Assembly: GCA_965223265.1 (NCBI GenBank)
Contig: OZ244999.1
Span: 4,512,001 to 4,576,000 of the forward strand
From: Planctomycetota bacterium
GTDB lineage: Bacteria > Planctomycetota > UBA8108 > SXIK01
Reading direction: 5' to 3'
DNA length: 64,000 nucleotides
Part shown: in pieces, positions 1 to 8,356 of the stretch
Numbering within the stretch: the first letter of the stretch is position 1
How the letters are laid out: every line of letters begins with the position of its first letter
Notes under the pieces: model-generated
Told to the model about the DNA's origin: nothing
Databases searched by the model: none
What the model saw: the letters and a program-made list of their open reading frames with translations, nothing else
Made by a program: the position numbers and the translations under genes

Positions 1-1863
1 CGGCGTGCTCTCGCCGGTGAAGCCGCTGCAGTCGAGAAGTCCGGCACAGCGAAAGAGTTCCCGTTCCGTGCCACCATCAACTCCGATTCCAGAAAGCCGT
101 AGCACGAACGGCCGTGATCCGGACACGAGAACCGCGACGTTCTCCTCAATGGTGAAGCTGGCGAAATGAAACTCACCAATCTCTGCGCCCGGATTGGCAA
201 AGATGCGCGGGTTCACCGTCAGCACGTCGTCGGAGTCTGGGTCCTCGGCCGGCGTCAGCTGGTTGAAGACGATCGACATGCGGTCCGTGTCAATTGTATA
301 GAACTGAATAACCTCCTCGGGAAGCGGCAGGTCGTTCAGCACGACCTCCTCCGTGCCCGCGCCAAAGGCGTCCACCGCTGGCGAGTCGAGTCTTCCCTCG
401 AGCGCGCCAGGGTTGTCCGGTGGTCCCCAGCTGGCCGTCCCAGCGCTCGAATCTTCGCGTGCGTCCGTCTGGAACCCCTCCAACTGGGTACGGAGTGCGG
501 TCTCGAACGTCTCGTCGCTGCCCGGAAGCTCCTCCATGTAGTAGTAGAGGACTGCCGGCGTGATCCATTCATGCGCCTCGTTGTAAGCGCGTCCAGCACC
601 GATCGCGTCGACTCGCGGTTTGAGGCGGAAGTGGACCGCCGAGAAGCGCTGCGTCTCGTCCTGTCCACCGGCCAGGGCGCGACTGCGGTTCAGGTCACAG
701 AACGCCGGGTCGCGGGGCGCGTCCCAAACAAAAGCACGCAAACTACCGCCGCCGGGAAGCAGTCGGTGCCCTGTCGGCACCAGCTTTGAGCCAGCGAGCA
801 CGCCGAGCGAGCCTGAATGCGCCGAATCCGAATCCAGAGGCTTGGCAGTTCGCCACGCGTCGTTCGGTTCCGACGTCAGCTTCCAGGAGACATCCATGTG
901 CCAGGCCGCGGCCACCTGTCCCTCGTAAAACGAGTAGTGAATGCGCACCGGACCGGTGTGCACACCGGTCGGCACCTTGACGCCGCTGATGACCGGCCCA
1001 AGCTCGTTCGGGGAATTGTCGAGGTTGAGGTCGAGACCATTCACCACGGGGATCTGGATCGAATTCGAGGAACCGCCGGGTCCACTCAGAACGATTCCGA
1101 CGTTGTCACGGAGGTTTCCGAAGCTGAGCCGAATATCGTTGCGATCATCGCGAAAGCTGAATCCAATCCGCTGATACCCTGTCGGCGGTGGCGCGTTCGG
1201 GTCGAACGGATCGACCGTTCGCTGCACCGTGTTGATCGGAATGCGGGCGCCGTTTCCCTGCGGGTCAGAGACGCGGATGTCGGAAATCTCACCGAAATTG
1301 ATCCCCCACAGCTCAAGAAACGAGTTGCCTTCGATGAAACCGAGCTGAGTCAAATGTTCGATAGCCTCTTGGTCGCCATTGCGGCCAAGGGTCACGGCCA
1401 TGACCTGCGGTGAGGCTGAATAGCCACGCGCACCGGCAAGCACGTCGTTGACCACAACTGTGACGTTTCCTGACGTCACGCCACCCGGGACGACGACACG
1501 AAGCTCTGACTCGAGACCGTTTCCAGGATCACCATCACTGGGAAACGTGACGCGCAGCGGCAAACCGGCGACCTCGGTGAGGCCGGCGGTGAAGAGGGCT
1601 TTGTTGTCCGAGAGGTTTTGCGAAAAGTTGAGCCCGAACAGACTGACGACGGTTCCCGTCGTCACGCCTTCGCCATCGAACGAGAGATCGAGTAGCACCG
1701 GAGCTGCTTGCGACGGCACCCCCGGCCCCCCTGGCCCTCCAACTGGCGGGGTGACTCCCGTTCCGCCGCCACTTCCGCTGCTACTTTTCGAAAAGTCGCA
1801 GCTCTGCGCCAACAGCAGGCACAACGACGAGGACAAAACGGCAAACCATCTTCTCATGCGCAT
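1..1863 (-). CDS. Large exported lipoprotein with IPT/TIG-like Ig domains; 3' end runs off the window (absent from the ORF track)
   Basis: Manual translation from ATG 1863 (AGGAGG upstream): MRMRRWFAVLSSSLCLLLAQSC lipobox, Gly/Pro linker, IPT-like motifs GTVVSLFGLNFS, LRVVVPGGVTSGNVTVVVN and LELWGINF. No stop in the segments translated, including positions 1-60. Confidence 0.8.
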   Translation of the reverse strand, partial: MRMRRWFAVLSSSLCLLLAQSCDFSKSSSGSGGGTGVTPPVGGPGGPGVPSQAAPVLLDLSFDGEGVTTGTVVSLFGLNFSQNLSDNKALFTAGLTEVAGLPLRVTFPSDGDPGNGLESELRVVVPGGVTSGNVTVVVNDVLAGARGYSASPQVMAVTLGRNGDQEAIEHLTQLGFIEGNSFLELWGINFGEISDIRVSDPQGNGARIPINTVQRTVDPFDPNAPPPTGYQRIGFSFRDDRNDIRLSFGNLRDNVGIVLSGPGGSSNSIQIPVVNGLDLNLDNSPNELGPVISGVKVPTGVHTGPVRIHYSFYEGQVAAAWHMDVSWKLTSEPNDAWRTAKPLDSDSAHSGSLGVLAGSKLVPTGHRLLPGGGSLRAFVWDAPRDPAFCDLNRSRALAGGQDETQRFSAVHFRLKPRVDAIGAGRAYNEAHEWITPAVLYYYMEELPGSDETFETALRTQLEGFQTDAREDSSAGTASWGPPDNPGALEGRLDSPAVDAFGAGTEEVVLNDLPLPEEVIQFYTIDTDRMSIVFNQLTPAEDPDSDDVLTVNPRIFANPGAEIGEFHFASFTIEENVAVLVSGSRPFVLRLSGIGVDGGTERELFRCAGLLDCSGFTGESTP

Positions 1864-2493
1864 GAGAAACCCATCCTCCTTTTTGATCGAACTCAACTCG
1901 TCCTCCGTTCGCTTCGGGCCGCACAGGCCCAGCATCCCAACAGAACAAGTCCAGAGGCGGACTGATTGGCATGGAACGGCGGGCAAGTTGGTCGAGGGTC
2001 GATCAGGCGTACAACACGCGCCACCGCGCGGCTGCAGCGTTCAGAACCAACGACCTAAAACTGTGGGGAATTCAGGAGGCCCAAACCATCCCACACCTCT
2101 GAGATGTTGAGGGCCTTTCGGGGGGGCCTCTCGAGGCGCTTCGGGAGTCGGAGAAGCTTGCTTCTTTCCTGTTGCTGTAAGTCGTTACGATCGATCGTGT
2201 TGACTGACGACGTGACGCCACACAGAAAACAAACGACCGAGGATAGAGACGGTCGTAACGCAGCAAAGGGTTCGAAGTCTCCTTGAGATCTTAACTGTCG
2301 AAATCCTAAATCAAAAGAGAAAAACTTAGACTCGACGTCCATTGTAACGTCAAAGCCGAGGCTGAATAGTGTTGACTTGATCGGACCTAGCGTGAGGCTA
2401 GAAACCGGTGACGACGTGCGGTTCTGTTCAGCTTCGCGGCCCCGCGAGGGAAGGCCGGACCGGCCGCTTTCGAAGCGTCGATAGGAGGCTCCA

Positions 2494-4272
2494 ATGCCCC
2501 ACCCAAAGCTGATCCTTCGAGACGCTTTCGAGCGCGAGCTGGCGGCCATCCGCCGCCTGTTGCGGGGACGACGCGTGAGGCGGGAGCAAGGCGTTGGTGT
2601 CCCATCGCGAACAAAAAGCGAATGCAGGCAGGCGGAACCTGTGCCAACCGTGACGCCACGACCTGCGAGCCAGCGCCGGGTACGAAGCCGGCGACGGTTT
2701 TCGCTCGCCGCTTGGCTGCTTTCGGGCCTCCTGCACGGAGCTCTGCTCGCGTCGCTGCTTTGGATTCTCATTCCGGAGGATTCCCCCCCGGCGAGTCCGT
2801 CAGGCATGATCGTCTCACTGCGGCGCTTGCGACCTGCGTCTCCCCCACCATCGCGACCTGAGCCCCCCAAAAAGACGCAAAGCTCGACAGATGACGCAGC
2901 GCGCGAGACCAGCGCGCCAAAGGCGCCAGCTGAAACTCCAGCCCCGGCGCGCCCACAACAACAGACGAGCCCGCGGCAGCGGCCGCCGCCCGCTCTGCGG
3001 CGGACGCTGGGACTCGGCGCCGCCCCGCCGCTGCCGCAGCGCGAACCCACTGCGGGCGACGCACTAGCGACAGTCTCGTCACTCGGCGACCGACGCACCC
3101 AAGGTAAGGGCCACCTACTGCAGCGCTACGGCGGCGGCGCCGGCACAGAGGATGCGGTCAGCCGAGGTCTCCGCTGGCTCGCGGCGCACCAGGATCAAGA
3201 CGGCGGCTGGAGCGCCGAGGGATTCTCGAAGCACTGCGGCGAGGAGCTGCCCTGTCCCGGGGCCGGCATCGAAGAGTTCGACGTCGGGGTGAGTGCTTTG
3301 GCCAGTTTGGCCTTCTTGGGTGCGGGACAACTTCACGCCGCAAAGCAGCGTCGCGGCCACCCTCGGCAAGCAGCGGGGAGTCTTGAACGCCCCTATCGCG
3401 ACGTCGCCGAGCGTTCGCTCTCCTACCTGCTCGCCGCGCAGGAGCCGGACGGCTCCTACGGGCCACCAACGGCGCACCAGATGTACAACCACTCCCTCGC
3501 GACGCTCGCACTCGCGGAGGCATTCGTGCTGACCCAGAAGCCGATCTACCGCGACAGTGTCCGACGTGCCGTGGAGCTGACGACGACATCTCAGCGCCGC
3601 GGCGGCGGCTGGGACTATTCGGCGGCCCCGAGCGACCGCAACGACCTCTCGGTCACCGGCTGGCAGGCGATGGCGCTCGCCGCCGCGGAGCGCGCCGGCA
3701 TTCGTGTGCCGTCAGAGACTATGGAGCGACTTCGCTCGTACTTGTCGACGTCGTTTACCCGTGACGGGATCGGTATCTACAGCGACCGCGGTGCCGATGC
3801 GGGCCGCCGGGGGATCAACATGGTCGCCGTCGGGATGCTCTCGACTCTGCTGACAGGCAACAGCATGGACCAGCGTCTCAACGCCGGCCGCGACCGGCTT
3901 CTGCGGCGGCCTCCCGACTGGAGCCAAACCTCGCGCTGGGAGTCGACGTACCAGTCGTACTACTACTGGTACACTGCGTCGCTGGCGCTCTTTCTCTACT
4001 GCGCCGAGTCTCAACCGAAGAAGTGGGCCGCGTGGAACCACGCGCTGCAGCGCGAGCTGTTGCCGCATCAAGATCTAGACGGGCATGTATTCGGCAGCTG
4101 GAAACCCGAACGCAGTTGGGTTGGTGTGACCGGCGGTCGCGTCTGTTCCACAGCGCTCTGTGTGCTGACACTCGAGACGTACTACCGATACGAGCCCTTG
4201 GCGAGTCTGCGTGGAACGCAGCGGCCCCCGACGAAGGCGACCGCAACGCGTCGCCGCAAAGGAGGCGACTAA
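2494..4272 (+). CDS. Membrane-anchored prenyltransferase/squalene oxidase repeat protein
   Basis: TM helix, Pro-rich linker, then GLRWLAAHQDQDGGW, YLLAAQEPDGSY, GGGWDY..DLSVTGWQAMAL, YYWY and GGRVCSTALCVLTLETYYRY motifs. Confidence 0.85.
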   Translation: MPHPKLILRDAFERELAAIRRLLRGRRVRREQGVGVPSRTKSECRQAEPVPTVTPRPASQRRVRSRRRFSLAAWLLSGLLHGALLASLLWILIPEDSPPASPSGMIVSLRRLRPASPPPSRPEPPKKTQSSTDDAARETSAPKAPAETPAPARPQQQTSPRQRPPPALRRTLGLGAAPPLPQREPTAGDALATVSSLGDRRTQGKGHLLQRYGGGAGTEDAVSRGLRWLAAHQDQDGGWSAEGFSKHCGEELPCPGAGIEEFDVGVSALASLAFLGAGQLHAAKQRRGHPRQAAGSLERPYRDVAERSLSYLLAAQEPDGSYGPPTAHQMYNHSLATLALAEAFVLTQKPIYRDSVRRAVELTTTSQRRGGGWDYSAAPSDRNDLSVTGWQAMALAAAERAGIRVPSETMERLRSYLSTSFTRDGIGIYSDRGADAGRRGINMVAVGMLSTLLTGNSMDQRLNAGRDRLLRRPPDWSQTSRWESTYQSYYYWYTASLALFLYCAESQPKKWAAWNHALQRELLPHQDLDGHVFGSWKPERSWVGVTGGRVCSTALCVLTLETYYRYEPLASLRGTQRPPTKATATRRRKGGD

Positions 4273-5009
4273 TGCCGCGAAAGCCATTCACGCCAGCCTT
4301 TCCAGCTGGCTTCTTTTCCAGTAGCGAAATCCGCGCCTGGGACGCGCGCGCCATCGAGGAGTTCGGTGTGCCAGGCGTGGTGCTGATGGAGAACGCCGGG
4401 CGTCATGCGAGCGAGTGGATCTTGGCGTGGGCGCAGGAGGGAAAGCTGTCAGCGCCCTTTCATATCTACTGCGGACCCGGCAACAACGGCGGTGACGGAT
4501 TTGTTGTCGCTCGTCACCTCGCCAATCATCTGCAGGAGACGCACGTGACTCTCGTCGGCGGGGATCGTTCGGAGACCGAATCGGACGCCGCGGTGCACCG
4601 AGAGATCGCCCGTCGCATGGGTATTCCGTTCGTCGCGACCGCACAATCTCCCACCAGCGCAAACCGTCCGACCTGCGGCACGGTCGTCGATGCCCTTTTC
4701 GGCACGGGTCTGTCTCGCCCTATCGGCAGCCCGTTTCGAGAGTGGATCGAGATGCTAACGGACACGGCCCTTCCTGTCGTCGCCCTCGACATTCCCTCGG
4801 GCCTCGATGCGGAACTTCCCAAAACGCACGGAACTTCCCTGCGCGCCCAATGGACGGTAACGTTCGCCGCGCGCAAGACGAGCTTTGATACGCCGCTGGG
4901 TCAAGATTTGTGCGGACACGTAGAGGTTGCTGATATCGGCATGCCACGGTCGATCTGGGATCACTCGTTTGATGCCAGCAAATTCGGCCGCGATTCCGCT
5001 GCACGTTAG
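4272..5009 (+). CDS. nnrE: NAD(P)H-hydrate epimerase (YjeF N-domain, stand-alone)
   Basis: LMENAG, CGPGNNGGDG, VDALFGTG and ALDIPSG motifs; ATG overlaps the upstream TAA. Confidence 0.92.
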   Translation: MPRKPFTPAFPAGFFSSSEIRAWDARAIEEFGVPGVVLMENAGRHASEWILAWAQEGKLSAPFHIYCGPGNNGGDGFVVARHLANHLQETHVTLVGGDRSETESDAAVHREIARRMGIPFVATAQSPTSANRPTCGTVVDALFGTGLSRPIGSPFREWIEMLTDTALPVVALDIPSGLDAELPKTHGTSLRAQWTVTFAARKTSFDTPLGQDLCGHVEVADIGMPRSIWDHSFDASKFGRDSAAR

Positions 5010-5120
5010 CCCGCACCCACAACGCTTCTTCTCGGAAAGAGAGTGCGGTGAAATCGGCGCCCGCATCGTCAACGGATGCTACAATTCGGGAGAGCCTCGA
5101 AGAATCCGCGGAGACCCTTT

Positions 5121-5732
5121 ATGCTCGAAATCGTGGAAAAAATGATCGCTGGGATCGGGGTCCTGGCGCTTGTGCTCGTCGTCACGCTCTACAACTGGGC
5201 GCCCCCCTCTCTGCGCAACCCCGAGGACGTGCCCCGCGTTCAGAAGGCGCCGCCCGTGCCCACATCCGGCACCTCCGAGGCGATCGCCCAGCCCGCCCGG
5301 CCCTCTCTCGCAGATCGGACGATCCTGGAGAAGATCACGCGCGAGCAGGGGGTGCGGATCACAAACCGACGAATCACGCGAGAGAACTACGACGTGCCTG
5401 CAATCCTCTTTGAAGAGGCGACGAAAGAGGCCAACTGGATGGCCGACTTCAAGAAAATCGGCAGTCGTCCGATTGCCGCCAAGGATGGCCGTGCGACACG
5501 GCTGCAGATTTTCCTCGACGAGTCCACCGAGACGTACCTGCACAAATTCGATTTTCAAAACAACGACATCATCGAACTCATTGACGGCAGCACCGTCGAT
5601 TTCCGCGCCAATTCGCATGAGCTCTACGAACTCTTCGGCACGCTCAGCAAGAAGATGCGACGCGGCGAACCGCTCGACATCACGGTCAACCGCGGCGGTC
5701 GACTCGTGAATCTGAACTTTCGGTTGCAGTGA
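5121..5732 (+). CDS. Membrane-anchored protein with C-terminal PDZ-like domain, GspC-like
   Basis: N-terminal TM; C-terminus FDFQNNDIIELIDG...ITVNRGGRLVNLNFRLQ resembles the T2SS protein C PDZ domain. Confidence 0.55.
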   Translation: MLEIVEKMIAGIGVLALVLVVTLYNWAPPSLRNPEDVPRVQKAPPVPTSGTSEAIAQPARPSLADRTILEKITREQGVRITNRRITRENYDVPAILFEEATKEANWMADFKKIGSRPIAAKDGRATRLQIFLDESTETYLHKFDFQNNDIIELIDGSTVDFRANSHELYELFGTLSKKMRRGEPLDITVNRGGRLVNLNFRLQ

Positions 5733-5810
5733 AGTGTCTGCGATCCGATCCCGACTGTAGCGCCTGCGACGAAACAGCCTGCGCACGACGCTTCGCTCCC
5801 GCGGACACCT

Positions 5811-7268
5811 TCACGGCGTCGGAATGTCGAGGCTCTTGATGAGGTTGTAGAGCGTCTTCACGTTGATCTTGAGGACGCGGGCTGTCCGCATCTTGTTGCC
5901 CTCGTTAGCTCGCAAGACGTTGGCGATGTGTAGTCTCTTCACCTCGTCCAACGTCAGACTCGGCGAGAACCCGGCGTCTTCCGACGGTTCGAGACTGCCG
6001 TCGAGATACTCGTCGACGTCTGCACCTTCGACTCGCCGTCCTTTGGCGAGAAGGAGCAACCTCTCGACCGCGTTCTCGAGCTCGCGCACGTTGCCCGTCC
6101 AGCGGTACTTCTGCAGCTGCTGAACCGCGTCGTCGGTGAAGGTCTTCGGCTCCAAGGATCGCTCCGCTGCTAGCCGTTCCGCGAAGGTAGCCACGAGTTC
6201 AGGAATCTCCTCGGGTCGATTCCTCAGAGGTGGTACTTCAAGGCAAATCACGTTAAGACGGTAGAAGAGGTCAGCGCGAAAATTCCCTTTTTCGACCTCT
6301 TCCTTGAGGTCTTTGTTCGTCGCCGCGACGACACGCACGTCGACTTTGACGACTTGGCTGCCACCGATGCGGCGAAACTCGCGAAACTGAAGGACACGCA
6401 GTAGTTTCACCTGCATGTCAGGACTTGTCTCACCGATTTCGTCAAGGAAGATCGTGCTCTTGTCGGCCGCCTCGAAGAGCCCCATCTGGCGCTGGACAGC
6501 GCCGGTGAAAGACCCTTTCTCGTGCCCGAAAAGCTGACTCTCCAGCAAAGTCTCCGGCATAGCGCCGCAGTTCACCTCGACGAAAGGGCGGTCGGAGCGA
6601 TTCGACAAGCGATGGATTCTCTTGGCGATGAGCTCCTTGCCCGTGCCGCTCTCGCCCTGGACCAGAATCGTCGACTCCGTCGGAGCGACTGTCTCGACGA
6701 TCTCAAAGATCCGCTTCATGCTGGCACTCTGCGTCACGATCGGAATGTCGTCGACGTTCGCCGACAACTCCGGGTCGATCGCATCTGGCGCTCGCGTAAC
6801 GATCTCCTGGTTGGACTCGATGCAGGAGCTGGACGAGTCGCTGTTGGCGTCAAGAATCGAGACCAACCGTGGCAAAACGGAACGGACATCCATGGAGCCA
6901 AAGAGAAAATCTGCGATGCCGAGACGCATCACATCCCGAACCAGCTCCGGCGTCGCCGTGCGAGCGACCGCGACCACAGGTACCGAGTTACGCTGCTGCG
7001 AAACTCTTGCCAGGAACTCCATCGCTTTCGGAGAATCGATACCCACGAGCAAGAGGCCAACGTCGCCGACGCCAAGACGTTTCTCGACGTCTTCCTCCTT
7101 CTGAACGCTCGTCACTGACGCGTTGCCGAGAAAGAGTGCTTTATTGAGGAAGATGCGCAGCTCCGGATCTCGGTTAAAGACGAGAACCTCAAACTTCCTC
7201 TCGCGAACCGGTCGATCGACCGACTCGGCAACCCGTGTTTCCGGATCCGATGTGGGAGTCGAATTCAT
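5811..7268 (-). CDS. Sigma54-dependent enhancer-binding protein (NtrC/Fis family) with degenerate receiver domain
   Basis: GESGTGKE, LFGHEKGSFTGA, FLDEIGE, FRADLFYRL, WTGNVRELEN and a C-terminal HTH. Confidence 0.92.
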   Translation of the reverse strand: MNSTPTSDPETRVAESVDRPVRERKFEVLVFNRDPELRIFLNKALFLGNASVTSVQKEEDVEKRLGVGDVGLLLVGIDSPKAMEFLARVSQQRNSVPVVAVARTATPELVRDVMRLGIADFLFGSMDVRSVLPRLVSILDANSDSSSSCIESNQEIVTRAPDAIDPELSANVDDIPIVTQSASMKRIFEIVETVAPTESTILVQGESGTGKELIAKRIHRLSNRSDRPFVEVNCGAMPETLLESQLFGHEKGSFTGAVQRQMGLFEAADKSTIFLDEIGETSPDMQVKLLRVLQFREFRRIGGSQVVKVDVRVVAATNKDLKEEVEKGNFRADLFYRLNVICLEVPPLRNRPEEIPELVATFAERLAAERSLEPKTFTDDAVQQLQKYRWTGNVRELENAVERLLLLAKGRRVEGADVDEYLDGSLEPSEDAGFSPSLTLDEVKRLHIANVLRANEGNKMRTARVLKINVKTLYNLIKSLDIPTP

Positions 7269-7306
7269 GAGCTTCTACCTTTGGGCTGGGACAAGTCGCA
7301 CGCTCG

Positions 7307-8257
7307 TCAGAGTTCCGCCAGGTCGTCTCGTCCGGAATGGTCCGTAACGGTCCAGCAACCGCCCTCGACGGTCGCGTCGCCAAATTCGCATCCGATACGA
7401 CTCAGAATGCGAAATTCTCGAATGTATCCATCAAGTTCCTCCAACACGCGTCGGGTGTCAGGGTCTCCGCGCAAACCAAGCCAAAAGTTCGCAATCTCCA
7501 TCGACAGGTGCTCAGTTTGAACGGTATTGATCCCCGCATCGACGAGGCGCAGGATCTCGGCGTGCAACTCTTCCAGATTGGATGGCCATGGATATGACTG
7601 TAGTGCATCCAACGTTTCTGGAAGGAACTCCGACTTCTTCTTTGCTCTACCAGTGGTCAGGAACGACTCGAGAACGGAATCAATCAAGAGAGGAATATCC
7701 TCTCGCCGGTCCCGTAGCGGCGAAATGTGATGCTCTTGCTCGCCGAGAGCGGTATAGAGCCCCCCTCGAAACAGACCCGAGCGCACAAAGCCTTCGATGT
7801 TACGATCGCTTGAGGCAATCAACCGAACGTTCGACGCGATCTCTTTACCATCGCCCAGTCGGCGAAACTTCCCGGTTTGCAAGAACTCCAGAATCGCTTC
7901 CTGAATGACGGGCGTCATCTCTTCGATATGAGAGAGGTAACACGTCCCCGAAACGGCGTGTTTTAAGACCCCGCAGCGCTCCTTGCCCGCAGCGCCGTCT
8001 CCCCCGAAGCCGAAGAGCTCGCGCTTCAGTTCTCGCTCGTAATAGAGGCTACAGTCGATCATCAGCAGCGGCTGTTCACAACGCGCCGACGCGGAGTGAA
8101 TAGCGCGGGCGACCAGCTGCTTGCCGGCACCTCGTTCACCGATCAACAGAACCGGTTTCTCATTCGACGCCGCTGATTCGACGAAGGCGCGCAGCGCCGT
8201 CGCAGCACGGCTGACGCCAACAATCTCTGCAAGTTGCAATGCAGATTCCACTATCAA
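7307..8257 (-). CDS. Degenerate sigma54-interaction (AAA+) domain protein, no HTH
   Basis: GERGAGKQLVARAIH, ELFG, FRRLG, PLRDRREDIP and YPWPSN are recognisable; GAFTGA and Walker B are lost. Confidence 0.8.
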   Translation of the reverse strand: MIVESALQLAEIVGVSRAATALRAFVESAASNEKPVLLIGERGAGKQLVARAIHSASARCEQPLLMIDCSLYYERELKRELFGFGGDGAAGKERCGVLKHAVSGTCYLSHIEEMTPVIQEAILEFLQTGKFRRLGDGKEIASNVRLIASSDRNIEGFVRSGLFRGGLYTALGEQEHHISPLRDRREDIPLLIDSVLESFLTTGRAKKKSEFLPETLDALQSYPWPSNLEELHAEILRLVDAGINTVQTEHLSMEIANFWLGLRGDPDTRRVLEELDGYIREFRILSRIGCEFGDATVEGGCWTVTDHSGRDDLAEL

Positions 8258-8356
8258 GTCCCTCTTCTTTCCTTCGTCGTCACAGATGCAGTTCGTCTAG
8301 CTGCCAGGAAGGTGGATCGCTTTCACCTGTCGAGGTGTGTCGTGGCGAGTGCTCAC

